From positions 12,053 through 76,052 of the forward strand of contig JADFZS010000004.1 in assembly GCA_015232405.1 (NCBI GenBank): 64,000 nt of DNA, read 5' to 3'. The position numbers were made by a program, and so were the translations under genes. Of this stretch, positions 32,201 to 42,259 are shown in pieces. The notes beneath the pieces are model-generated. The model was not told the origin of the DNA, searched no databases, and worked only from the letters and a program-made list of their open reading frames with translations. The stretch comes from Magnetococcales bacterium (lineage in GTDB: Bacteria; Pseudomonadota; Magnetococcia; Magnetococcales; JADFYX01). Positions within the stretch are counted from its first letter, which is position 1. Every line of letters starts with the position of its first letter.

Positions 32201-32425
32201 GTGAAACCTGTAATTTTAGCTTTAATTAAGTGTTATCGCTATTGTATCTCGCCGATGCTACCGCGCAGTTGTAGATTTTATCCCAGCTGTTCGGAGTATG
32301 CTGCGGAGGCAGTTACGGATTATGGCGCGTTAAAAGGCAGTTGGTTGGCTATGCGTCGTTTGGCAAAATGTCACCCTTTCCATCCCGGTGGAGTAGATCC
32401 CGTTCCCGAAAAAGTCAAGAACTAG
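32201..32425 (+). CDS. yidD: Membrane protein insertion efficiency factor YidD
   Basis: [24 protein letters not shown]. Confidence 0.97.
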   Translation: MKPVILALIKCYRYCISPMLPRSCRFYPSCSEYAAEAVTDYGALKGSWLAMRRLAKCHPFHPGGVDPVPEKVKN

Positions 32426-32433
32426 GAATTCCC

Positions 32434-34101
32434 ATGGACCAGCGTACAATTCTGGCCATCAGCTTGTCATTTATTTTGCTGGTGTCCTATCAAACCTATA
32501 TGGACACTTATTATCCACCTGCGCCTATGGAGCAGCAGATGGAGCAACCTTTGGAGGATGAGAGCAGAAATCTTTCTGAATCTGGGCCACGTCCTAGTAC
32601 TGTTGACGGGGTACGTGTTGGCAAGGGGCCTGATGGGCCGGTAGCCGAAGAGGCAGCACCTGAAATTACTACCAAGGTAGCTCCCAGCGGCCCAGGCGAA
32701 ATTTTTAAATTTGAGGATGGTGTCGTAAGAGGTGAGATTGCCCAAACTGGTGGTCGCATTGCAAAGCTATCATTTTTAAAACATTTAGATGAGCTACCCC
32801 CGGAAGGGCAGCCTATTCAATATATGGATCAAGATTCCCGTGAGTTTTTCTTTGCGGAGTCTGGATTTTTAGGTTCAGCTGGTTTTGTTGCCCCGAATCG
32901 TGAGACCATGTGGCAACTAGTTAGTGGTGAGGGCCTTGTTGGTAGTGGCGACTTACATTTAAGCTGGAACAATGGCAAAGGGGTAACATTTGAAAAAATC
33001 TATTCTTTTACTGAGGATTCCTATCTATTTACAGTAACCGACCGGATTATCAATAAAAGTCAAAAGGCCTTTGAGTTTTATCATTATTCTCAGTTTGTGC
33101 GTGTTGAGCCGGGTGTTGGTGATGGGGAGCAGATGTTAGCCATTGCTGATTTTGAAGGACCAATGGGCTATTTGGATGAGGCGCGAGTACAGCATGAGTA
33201 TTCTGATTTAAAAGAGGCGGATCAGCGTCAGAGGGCAAAATCCGGCTGGATTGGTATTAGTGATAAATTTTTTCTAGCAGCTTTAATTCCGCCCAAGGGT
33301 GAAAAAGAGAACAATTTCTATTTTGATTATGATGTCCCGGCCCATCGAGCTGGTACTGTTTCCAATAAAGAGGTTATAAGTGCTGGTGGTGAGGTATCGG
33401 TTGCCACGCAGATGTATATTGGCCCCAAGGAGGTTAAGACACTTGAGAGCCATAACCTAAATTTACAGCGAGCTATTGATTATGGTTGGTTTCATTTCCT
33501 AGCGGAGCCAATTGTTCAGGTGTTGTTGTATTTAAACGGTATTTTCCACAATTTTGGTGTTGCCATTATTCTTTTGACCTTTGGCATCAAGATAGTTCTA
33601 TTTCCATTGGCCAACAAGAGCTATGTCTCTATGAACGCCATGAAGAAGCTACAGCCCAAGATTGAGGAGTTAAAAACCAAGCATGGGGACAATAAAAAGG
33701 CTTTAAACGAAGATATGATGAAGCTTTACCAGACCAACAAGGTTAATCCGTTGGGTGGTTGTCTACCGATGATAGTGCAGATTCCGGTATTTTTTGCTCT
33801 TTATAAGGTTCTATTTTTATCGGTTGAGATGCGTCATGCGCCGTTTATGTTATGGATAGATGATTTATCGGTGATGGACCCATATTTTGTTTTACCGATA
33901 TTGATGGGTGCTTCGATGTTTTTCCAGTCTAAGTTAAACCCGACTCCGGCTGATCCGATTCAGGCGAAGATCATGATGTTTTTACCGTTGATTTTTACCT
34001 TTATGTTCATGACGTTCCCTGCTGGTTTGGTTCTGTATTGGTTGCTTAACAATGTCTTATCCATAGCACAGCAGATGTATATTCTTAAAAAAGAAGGCTA
34101 A
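32434..34101 (+). CDS. yidC: Membrane protein insertase YidC
   Basis: YIGPK, NPLGGCLPMIVQIPVF, FPAGLVLYW. ATG at 32434 is the likely start. Confidence 0.97.
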   Translation: MDQRTILAISLSFILLVSYQTYMDTYYPPAPMEQQMEQPLEDESRNLSESGPRPSTVDGVRVGKGPDGPVAEEAAPEITTKVAPSGPGEIFKFEDGVVRGEIAQTGGRIAKLSFLKHLDELPPEGQPIQYMDQDSREFFFAESGFLGSAGFVAPNRETMWQLVSGEGLVGSGDLHLSWNNGKGVTFEKIYSFTEDSYLFTVTDRIINKSQKAFEFYHYSQFVRVEPGVGDGEQMLAIADFEGPMGYLDEARVQHEYSDLKEADQRQRAKSGWIGISDKFFLAALIPPKGEKENNFYFDYDVPAHRAGTVSNKEVISAGGEVSVATQMYIGPKEVKTLESHNLNLQRAIDYGWFHFLAEPIVQVLLYLNGIFHNFGVAIILLTFGIKIVLFPLANKSYVSMNAMKKLQPKIEELKTKHGDNKKALNEDMMKLYQTNKVNPLGGCLPMIVQIPVFFALYKVLFLSVEMRHAPFMLWIDDLSVMDPYFVLPILMGASMFFQSKLNPTPADPIQAKIMMFLPLIFTFMFMTFPAGLVLYWLLNNVLSIAQQMYILKKEG

Positions 34102-34121
34102 AAAAATAGCTTTTAACTAGT

Positions 34122-34528
34122 GGGGGTCCAGGGGAATCATTTCCCTGGTGGGTTTGGGCGAAGCCCAAGGTTTTGTAGTTGCTGTAAAGCCGAATATTAA
34201 AAGTCGTTTTTTTGCCTTTGCTTTTCAAAAAACGTCTCGGCTAGTCTATTAACCCCCAAAGCAATAAAACCCCGTCTTTTTGGGGTTTTATTGCTTTGGG
34301 GGTGTCCTTTACTCTCCATTGGTGGGAGTTAATTTAATCCCTTGCTAGGTATAGGACACATATCAAGAGACAAAAACCAAAAGGACGGTTTTTGTCTCTT
34401 AATATGCTAATAGATTAGCCGGGAGCTTTTTTTGAAAAGCACAAAAAAAGCTCTTTTAAATTCCGGCTTTACAGCAAAACCTTGGGCTTTGCCCAAACCC
34501 ACCAGGGAAATGATTTCCCTGGACCCTC
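34122..34528. repeat. 407-bp cruciform palindromic element (REPIN/MITE-like), copy 2
   Basis: Same arms as 23925-24336, different internal hairpin stems, flanked by ACTAGT and ACTAAT. Confidence 0.9.
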
Positions 34529-34567
34529 ACTAATGGGAGCATACCCACTAGTATCGGTATATTTATT

Positions 34568-35968
34568 ATGCGTCATATTAACTCCACAGATCCCATAGCA
34601 GCCCTCGCTACCCCCCCCGGTCGCTCCGGTGTAGCCATAATCCGCATAAGTGGTAAAAATGTCTGGAAAAAATTAACCCCTCTGCTTAAATATCCAAACT
34701 CAAAACCCATAAGCCCAACACCACCAACCCCCAGAGTTTTACAACGTATTGATCTTATAGACGCAAACAACCAAACCCTAGATCAAGCACTGGTTGTCTA
34801 TTTCAAAGGACCCAACTCCTTTACAGGTGAAGACCAAATAGAGATCCAAGGCCACGGCTCCCCCGTTGTTATCGCCCGAACCATGGAACGACTTTCCCAA
34901 CTAGGTATCAGACCCGCCGACCCCGGTGAGTTCTCCCGTAGAGCCTTTCTAAACGGTAAAACCGATCTGGCCCAAGCAGAAGCACTGATGAACCTAATCA
35001 ATGCCTCTTCCCTAAGAGCAGCAAGAGAGGCCACTAAACAGATGGAGGGAACCCTCTCCCAAAGATTGCAAAACAACCAAGCCCTGCTACTAGAAGCTCT
35101 GGCACACCTGGAAGCAACATTAGACTTTGCCGACGAAGATATTTCACCAGATGATCAACTAGCCATAGCAGGCCGACTAACAAAAGTAGCCGAAGATATC
35201 GGTCAACTACTACAAGGATCAACACTTGGAAAACAGCTGGCCCACGGCTTTGAACTGGCAATAATTGGTAGACCAAATGTCGGAAAATCCACCCTGTTCA
35301 ACCGTCTATCAGGCCATAACAGAGCCATAGTTACCCCACTACCAGGCACAACCAGAGATATCCTGGAAAGCCCCATCGAAATACACGGTATACCCGTACA
35401 ACTTACCGATACCGCTGGTCTAAGAGAAACAGACGAAATAATTGAAGAAGAGGGTATAAAAAGAGCAAAAGAGAGACTACAAAAAGCCGATGCCGTACTG
35501 CTACTGCTTGATATATCAAAAGAAATTACAAATGAAGATCAAGAGATCATCAAGCTTGCTCCTCTCGATAGAACAATAATAGTTTGGAATAAACAGGATT
35601 TAACTGAATCCAACAAAATACCAGATACAAATAAACTAGGTGTAGATCAAGCCGTTGCCTCAGTGGTAATATCATGCAAAAAAGACAGAGGTATCAACCA
35701 ACTAACCGAAAAAATAGCCAGCTTTTTCGGCTCCCAGCCCATAGATGGCGAAGGGAGCGTGGTTATGGTAGCCAGACAAAAAGAGAACCTACAAAAAACC
35801 ATTTCACATCTGGCAAGCGCAGAAGCTCTCCTTCTCCACTGCGAAAATGAAGAGCTAGTAGCAATCGCAATAAGAGAAGCCCTAAACTCCATAGGTGAAC
35901 TAATAGGCAAAACTACCCATGACGACCTCCTAGACCTGATTTTCAGCTCCTTTTGTATAGGTAAGTAG
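34568..35968 (+). CDS. mnmE: tRNA modification GTPase MnmE
   Basis: GRPNVGKS, GTTRD, DTAG, C-terminal FCIGK. Confidence 0.98.
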   Translation: MRHINSTDPIAALATPPGRSGVAIIRISGKNVWKKLTPLLKYPNSKPISPTPPTPRVLQRIDLIDANNQTLDQALVVYFKGPNSFTGEDQIEIQGHGSPVVIARTMERLSQLGIRPADPGEFSRRAFLNGKTDLAQAEALMNLINASSLRAAREATKQMEGTLSQRLQNNQALLLEALAHLEATLDFADEDISPDDQLAIAGRLTKVAEDIGQLLQGSTLGKQLAHGFELAIIGRPNVGKSTLFNRLSGHNRAIVTPLPGTTRDILESPIEIHGIPVQLTDTAGLRETDEIIEEEGIKRAKERLQKADAVLLLLDISKEITNEDQEIIKLAPLDRTIIVWNKQDLTESNKIPDTNKLGVDQAVASVVISCKKDRGINQLTEKIASFFGSQPIDGEGSVVMVARQKENLQKTISHLASAEALLLHCENEELVAIAIREALNSIGELIGKTTHDDLLDLIFSSFCIGK

Positions 35969-36108
35969 GGATATATTTTTATAAATTTATACCATGTAAG
36001 CTTGTATACGTTTCTGGTTAACTCTCTTTACAAATAATTTGACTTTTTAAGCACAAAGTATACATTGTAGTTATATGTTTACGGTTTGTGCTCAAAGGAG
36101 TCTTGTTG

Positions 36109-36390
36109 ATGTCTGCAAAACCATTCTCAGTCCGTCTTCCTGATGAAGTCCGCGCAGACCTTGCGTATCTTAGTGAGGTTACCCACCGCTCACAATCCTC
36201 TATTGCCATACAATTGTTGGCAGAAGAGGCAAAAAAGAAAAGTGACAAGTTACGCGCCATCGAGGCAGCTAAGGAGGATATCAAATCTGGGGTGCTTCAT
36301 TCTGGAGAACAGATTATAGAGTGGATGGATACCTGGGGCAGCAAAAATGAAAAACCATCTCCTAAGCCTGATATAATTGATATCAGCTAA
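36109..36390 (+). CDS. Ribbon-helix-helix antitoxin (CopG-like)
   Basis: FSVRLPDEV...RSQSSIA, directly upstream of the toxin gene. Confidence 0.8.
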   Translation: MSAKPFSVRLPDEVRADLAYLSEVTHRSQSSIAIQLLAEEAKKKSDKLRAIEAAKEDIKSGVLHSGEQIIEWMDTWGSKNEKPSPKPDIIDIS

Positions 36391-36397
36391 TTGCATA

Positions 36398-36691
36398 ATG
36401 AAAAAAATCAGATTTTCCCGCCTGGCTAAACAAGATCTTGAAAATATAAGAAATTTCTACATTAAGATCAATCCAGAGGTGGCCGTAACTATCAAGGATC
36501 ATCTAAAAAAAAGCTTCTTACTACTACAAAACAATCCTAACATTGGTCACATAACTGGTGATTATGATGTTTTTGAATGGCATGTCCCAGGAACCAAATA
36601 CTCCATTCCCTATATGATAGAGAACCAAACCGTGATCATTCTAAGGGTTTTTGATGAAAGACAAAATAGGCCAGATTCTTGGAAAATTTAA
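36398..36691 (+). CDS. RelE/ParE family toxin
   Basis: IRFSRLAKQDLENI...NPNIG...IILRVFDERQ. Confidence 0.85.
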   Translation: MKKIRFSRLAKQDLENIRNFYIKINPEVAVTIKDHLKKSFLLLQNNPNIGHITGDYDVFEWHVPGTKYSIPYMIENQTVIILRVFDERQNRPDSWKI

Positions 36692-36716
36692 TTCATTACA
36701 AATTATTATAATATTC

Positions 36717-36945
36717 TCAACCTAATTTTTTTGATATTTTCTCTACTACAGCCAACGCAGTCTCAAGCTCTTTTTCAGTTAGATCACCAGCTGATTTTTC
36801 CGCCCATGGTATATGTTTTTGAAATAGCTGAAGGTAAATATCCTCTCCTTTGGGTGTCAGCTCTATATATTTTGCCCGTTTATGGTTTGGATTGTCTATT
36901 AGATTAAGCAAGCCATCCTTGGTCATAACATCAAATGTTGCTTGA
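36717..36945 (-). pseudogene. MarR-family regulator, C-terminal remnant
   Basis: DGLLNLIDNPNHKRAKYIELTPKG wing motif. N-terminus and HTH are missing, and the upstream gene leaves no room for them. Confidence 0.65.
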
Positions 36946-36963
36946 AAAACAAAAAACAGCTTT

Positions 36964-37887
36964 TTAATTTAGTTCAGCTAAACTAACAATGGCCTTAACT
37001 TCACTACCTGTACCTAAAAATTCCAACCTGTCAAATGAGATATGGTTGCTCAATGCTATACCACGTCCGTGGTTATCGAAGGCTCTTTCAGGGGCGAAAT
37101 CCATGTAGGGCCGCCAATCAAACCCTTTACCCTGATCCTTGATTATAACGGTTATCTCTTTATCATCCCTGGTAAATTGTACATCAACTATTCGATCTAC
37201 ATATTCCGGCATAGTTAAGCGACGCTCTAACTCTTTTGCCCATGTTCCTTTACGGTTTAACAATGTTTTTTCCCTGTAGGTTATCTCAAGATTTCCATGT
37301 TCAACAGCATTTAATAACAGCTCATGCAGACCAGTCATAACCCGCTGGGGATTGGGATATGCTTGCGCCATAATTGTTGTTATATTATTGACATCATCAA
37401 TATTTTTGAATTGTAACTGCCATTTTTGCTTAAGAGCCATTAGCGACGTTATTTTTTTTGTTGATATATTTAAAAGCTCGTCACGTAGTAGAAGATAACG
37501 TTTATAATCTTCTATTGCTGAACGAACTATAGCTAGCAGTATGTCATCTTCAGGAAAAGGCTTGGTTACATAATAGAACGCTCCGGCTTGCAAACCCTCA
37601 ACAACTTCATGGGTTTGTGCCAGAGCAGTTTGAAAAATAACAGGAATATGTTTTAATCGTTTATCCCTTTTCATCCATTGCAGAACCTCCATGCCATCCA
37701 TTTCTGGCATCATCCGATCCAACAGTACGGTAACAAAACGGTCCGGCTCTTTCTCCAATATAGCACACGCCTCTCGACCATTTTGCGCCATGGTGACTAT
37801 AAAATTTTCATCTTCTAAAATATCCTGCAACAAAAGTCTGTTTTGGCGTTTATCGTCAACAACTAAAATATCCATTTTACATTCCAT
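36964..37887 (-). CDS. Response regulator fused to an RsbW-like HATPase domain
   Basis: REC (VVDD, LLDRMMP, TKP), then ELLLNAVEHGN, DQGKGF, GRGI. Confidence 0.85.
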   Translation of the reverse strand: MECKMDILVVDDKRQNRLLLQDILEDENFIVTMAQNGREACAILEKEPDRFVTVLLDRMMPEMDGMEVLQWMKRDKRLKHIPVIFQTALAQTHEVVEGLQAGAFYYVTKPFPEDDILLAIVRSAIEDYKRYLLLRDELLNISTKKITSLMALKQKWQLQFKNIDDVNNITTIMAQAYPNPQRVMTGLHELLLNAVEHGNLEITYREKTLLNRKGTWAKELERRLTMPEYVDRIVDVQFTRDDKEITVIIKDQGKGFDWRPYMDFAPERAFDNHGRGIALSNHISFDRLEFLGTGSEVKAIVSLAELN

Positions 37888-37949
37888 GTTATTACCATTT
37901 GCGCTGATATTATTCGATTTTTAGGGTTTTATCTTAAACTATGAATAGA

Positions 37950-38987
37950 TTAGTTGGAATAACGATCTTTTATCTCTAATATTTGTGGCAACACTCTTTT
38001 AAATGCATCAACTATCTCAGGATCAAATTGAGTACCTGCGCATTTTTCCAGTTCAATCACAGCATTTTCCACACTCCAAGCACTTTTATATGGACGGCTG
38101 GAGGTCAAAGCATCAAAAACATCTGCCACTGCAACAATTCGCCCTATAAGTGGAATATCTACCCCCTTTAACCCTAACGGATAGCCGCTTCCATCCCATT
38201 TTTCGTGATGGCAGGCAGCAACACTACGAGCCATCTTTAGCAGTTCAGTATCTCCTCCAGATAAAATCTCGTTACCTATATCTGTGTGAGTTTGCATTAT
38301 CTGCCATTCGTCACGATCCAATTTGCCGGGCTTGAGAAGTATATTGTCAGGAATACCAATTTTTCCTATGTCATGCATCGGTGCGCTCTGCAATAACAGA
38401 TTGCATTGGGCTCCTGAAAGTCCACACTCTCTGGCAATTATAGCCGAAAAATTCGCCATTCTTTGCACATGCATACCGGTTTCATTATCCCGATATTCTG
38501 CAGCTCTTCCAAGACGCTCCAGCACCTCAAGCTTGGTTCGCTCCACCTCTTTGGTTCCTTTTAAAACCAAATCCTGGAGATGATTTTTCAGATAAGCTGA
38601 TTGTGCCTGATTGGATACCCTAACCAATACCTCCTCCTCATCGATGGGTTTGGTCAAAAAGTCCGCCGCGCCCTCTCGTAACGCACGTAAACGAACCTCC
38701 CGGTCGTTCAAAGCAGTGATAACCAATACCTGAACCTCCTCTAACGGTTTTATTTTTGCAAACCGCTTTAAAACCTCAAAACCATCAATGGCAGGCATCA
38801 TTATATCAAGTAAAACCAAAGAAAAATCGTTTTGAGCAAACAGTTCAATGGCTTCTGCCGGATCCTGACAGCAGCGTAAACTGCTATAACCATTGGAGTG
38901 GAGAATATCCTCCAAAAGTCTGATATTTGCATGTTCATCATCAATGATGAGAATGGGTTCGTGTAGATAATCTTCTTTAATGCTCAA
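37950..38987 (-). CDS. RpfG-type response regulator with HD-GYP c-di-GMP phosphodiesterase
   Basis: REC, HDIGK, HHEKWDGSGYP. Confidence 0.93.
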   Translation of the reverse strand: MSIKEDYLHEPILIIDDEHANIRLLEDILHSNGYSSLRCCQDPAEAIELFAQNDFSLVLLDIMMPAIDGFEVLKRFAKIKPLEEVQVLVITALNDREVRLRALREGAADFLTKPIDEEEVLVRVSNQAQSAYLKNHLQDLVLKGTKEVERTKLEVLERLGRAAEYRDNETGMHVQRMANFSAIIARECGLSGAQCNLLLQSAPMHDIGKIGIPDNILLKPGKLDRDEWQIMQTHTDIGNEILSGGDTELLKMARSVAACHHEKWDGSGYPLGLKGVDIPLIGRIVAVADVFDALTSSRPYKSAWSVENAVIELEKCAGTQFDPEIVDAFKRVLPQILEIKDRYSN

Positions 38988-39046
38988 CGATATATACTCT
39001 TTTTAAAGTTGGTTGTTTTTATTTGTTTTATATAAACCGATCATTT

Positions 39047-42000
39047 TCAGCCTGTCTCCTCCTGATGATTTCGACACGGAAGAGCTATAGTAAAGGTTGT
39101 ACCTGCTTCATTTATATTGTTTTCTGCTTTTATAGTGCCGTCATGGCGAAGCATTATCTCTTGGGAAATCGCCAAGCCAAGACCAGTACCACCAGCACTA
39201 TTTTTAGTATTGCTGGATTGAACAAACTTTTTAAAAATCGATTTCAACTCATCAGGTGGTATCCCTGCACCCTGATCTTTTACCTTAACTAATATCGCAG
39301 GGATTGGCCAACTCTCTTCAATTATACCATTTTCATCTTTTTCAATTAGTATTGATATATAACTATTCTCCGGACTGAATTTTATAGCGTTTGATACCAA
39401 ATTTACAAGTACTTGAATAATCATGCCAATATCACACATTACTTTGGCATCACTCTCTTTGCCAATAACCCGAAACTGTTGCCCTTTTTCATCTAATAAA
39501 GAGTCTGTTTCACGACATACCGTTGCCACAATATCCCCCATATTGTGCCATTGAATGTGAAATGGAGAGTGTCCTGCTTCTAGTTTGGAGAGATCCAAAA
39601 GATTGTTCAAAAGCCCCAAAAGACGTTCAGAACTACTTGCGACAAAGTTTGAATATTCCAAAAGATTTTCTTTTAATTTTGGCTCTAGATCACTGTTGCT
39701 GACCTTTTTCTTGATCCGTCGATTAAAACCGATTATGGAGTTCATGGGGCTGCGTAGTTCATGGCTCATGTTAGCCAAAAATGTACTCTTTGCCTGGTTG
39801 GCAGAGACCGCCTCCTTCTGACTTTGCAAAAGCTCTTCTTGGATCTGTTTTAGTTCGGTGATATCAACTCGAACTCCCACACGCCCACCATCGGGGGTGG
39901 AACGTTCTTGGATTCTAATCCAGCGACCATCACTCAAAAGCTCATCAAAAACTTCATCACTATTGAGGTGCTTGGACAGACGCTGTTTGATCCATCCCTC
40001 TTGATCACCTTTAGAGAGATTTTTACCATCGGCATAGTGTCCATGCTCTATACCTGTGCGAACGATCTTCTCATAACTAACCCCCTCTTTAATGATATCT
40101 TCAAATCCATGATACATTTTTTTAAAATAGGAGTTGGATAAAACCAATCTATCATCTTCATCAAACAGGGCAAAACCATCACCAATAGCCTCCACAGCTG
40201 AGGTAAGTCGCTTTTGGTTTTTATCTAACTCTGCTGTACGAGTTTCGACTAGCTGTTCAAGATGGTATCTATGGTTGCTCAAATTTTCATCAGCTTTATT
40301 GTGCTCTATGGCTTTTGCTAAAATATTAGCAATAATTAGCAAAAAACCATCCTCTTCTGGGTCCCGTTGATAATTAATGGGCAGATATATGCTGATCAAC
40401 CCTAGTAGCTGCCTACCAAAAAGTATGGGGACGAAATAGTGTTTATGAGGAGGTAGGCTACTGCATATACCATCAAAATTGTGTTTTTTATGCTCCATGA
40501 AATGGAGCTGTTGAGAGATACTTGAATGCCATATTTTGCTATTATTTGCTATATTTTGATTATAATCTGCTACAATATGGTCTGGCAGGTTACGATAACA
40601 GTTTAACTGCATCTGACCACTTTCACCGTCCCACATAAAAATACTGCCTCTACCTTCAATAGCAAAACCGGGAATAGACAGAACAAGCTCTAGAGCATGG
40701 TCCAATATTTCGTTTATTGTTTGGGGGTTGATTACAGCCTGTAGCAGATGGCTTATTATTGTTTGAAACTCAAGGGCGTTATTGATCTGTTTTTCTATCT
40801 GTTTGCGTTTGGTGATATCCTCTTTAATCGATAGATAATGGGTGATTACACCCAAAGAATTTTTAATTGGAGAGATGGATACCAACTCCCAGAACAGTTC
40901 ACCATTTTTCTTTTTGTTAAAAAACTCACCACGCCACTCTCTGCCAGAGGTTATGGTCTCCCACATTATTTGGTAATCTTTTGCTGAGGTTCTTCCAGCT
41001 TTCAAAATTCGTGGATTTTTACCAATAACCTCTTGATGACTGTAACCTGTCACTTCAGTAAATTTTGGGTTTATATATTCTATGTCACCCTTGGTATCTG
41101 TGATGATAACCGAAGTCGGGCTCTGTTCTACAGCATGGTAGAGATGTAAAATTTTTTCTTTGGAACTTGTGATCTTTTTTTCTGCAGCTTGTAGTTCAGC
41201 AATGTGTCGCTGTTGCCTGTTTAAATAGAGCAACAACAATATGGTGAGCAAAATCACCAGGGCAGAAGCTAAAATATGGAGGTTTTTCAACTCTTGTCCA
41301 CTACGAAAATGGGCAGTTTTAGTACTGACAAACTCCCATTGTTGATCGCCTACGCTAATAGTTTCTGTTATTTGTGGGTTTTTCCAACGTTGCCACTCTT
41401 CTATTGCTACATCTACCGATAGCTTGGAGTGACGTTTGCGACTGGAGTGAAAATAGAGAAAACTTTCATCTTTTTTAGCCCTGCTATCACGGAGAAGAAA
41501 ATCTACCCCTCTGGGTGCCAGCTGTTTTATGGCATTTTCAGCAACATCCCTTATGCGAAAAACTCCAACGGCAAAACCGATTAAATTTCGTCGACGCTCA
41601 GATATTGTGGAACTAGGAAAACCGTTATGGTAAATAGGCTGTAAAACAAGAAAACCATAATGTTGTGAACTACCCTGTAGCATGGTAATTCGACTGCTAA
41701 CAACAATTTTTCCACTATCACGTGCCTTTTTTATCGCTGCCAGCCGTACAGGATTGGAAGAGAGATCAAAACCCATTGCTATTTTATTGGCTTCATAAGG
41801 CTCCATATAGTATATCGGATAATATACCTCCCGCTCCGAAGCCCTAACCATCTCACCTTTTGGTGAATGTTCTGTAAATTGAAACCCTGGGAAATGGGCC
41901 TTTGCTTCCTTTTCATAGTTTAAACGTTGCGAAGCATAGACACGTGGAACCCACTCTAAAGCTTGGATATGCTGGTTATGAGCAAAAATGGATTGGGCAA

Positions 42001-42259
42001 ATATTTTAAACTCTGATCTGTTAACATTATCAGATGATAAAAATAGTCGATGAATACCACGTACCGCTTCAATACCCTCTTCAATCCCTTTTTGCACAGC
42101 TCTATGACGGTTTTGTGCTGCCCATTCAAACTCAACCATCAAGCCGTTATGGGTCTGTTTCTGGATAACCACAAAAGCAATATATGAAAAAACAGCTCCC
42201 AAAAAGGCTACCAATAAAAATGAGATATTTTTTTTGAAAAACAAAAAAATACTGTTCAT
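39047..42259 (-). CDS. CHASE-PAS-GAF-PAS sensor histidine kinase
   Basis: CHASE (MGFDLSS), PAS (YINPKF), ANMSHELRSP, GGTGLGL. Confidence 0.92.
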   Translation of the reverse strand: MNSIFLFFKKNISFLLVAFLGAVFSYIAFVVIQKQTHNGLMVEFEWAAQNRHRAVQKGIEEGIEAVRGIHRLFLSSDNVNRSEFKIFAQSIFAHNQHIQALEWVPRVYASQRLNYEKEAKAHFPGFQFTEHSPKGEMVRASEREVYYPIYYMEPYEANKIAMGFDLSSNPVRLAAIKKARDSGKIVVSSRITMLQGSSQHYGFLVLQPIYHNGFPSSTISERRRNLIGFAVGVFRIRDVAENAIKQLAPRGVDFLLRDSRAKKDESFLYFHSSRKRHSKLSVDVAIEEWQRWKNPQITETISVGDQQWEFVSTKTAHFRSGQELKNLHILASALVILLTILLLLYLNRQQRHIAELQAAEKKITSSKEKILHLYHAVEQSPTSVIITDTKGDIEYINPKFTEVTGYSHQEVIGKNPRILKAGRTSAKDYQIMWETITSGREWRGEFFNKKKNGELFWELVSISPIKNSLGVITHYLSIKEDITKRKQIEKQINNALEFQTIISHLLQAVINPQTINEILDHALELVLSIPGFAIEGRGSIFMWDGESGQMQLNCYRNLPDHIVADYNQNIANNSKIWHSSISQQLHFMEHKKHNFDGICSSLPPHKHYFVPILFGRQLLGLISIYLPINYQRDPEEDGFLLIIANILAKAIEHNKADENLSNHRYHLEQLVETRTAELDKNQKRLTSAVEAIGDGFALFDEDDRLVLSNSYFKKMYHGFEDIIKEGVSYEKIVRTGIEHGHYADGKNLSKGDQEGWIKQRLSKHLNSDEVFDELLSDGRWIRIQERSTPDGGRVGVRVDITELKQIQEELLQSQKEAVSANQAKSTFLANMSHELRSPMNSIIGFNRRIKKKVSNSDLEPKLKENLLEYSNFVASSSERLLGLLNNLLDLSKLEAGHSPFHIQWHNMGDIVATVCRETDSLLDEKGQQFRVIGKESDAKVMCDIGMIIQVLVNLVSNAIKFSPENSYISILIEKDENGIIEESWPIPAILVKVKDQGAGIPPDELKSIFKKFVQSSNTKNSAGGTGLGLAISQEIMLRHDGTIKAENNINEAGTTFTIALPCRNHQEETG

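Noticed and set aside
34611-34618. C8 tract in mnmE (also C8 in mrcA near 58084) as a phase-variation site
   Set aside because: Short, in frame, encodes ordinary residues in housekeeping genes.
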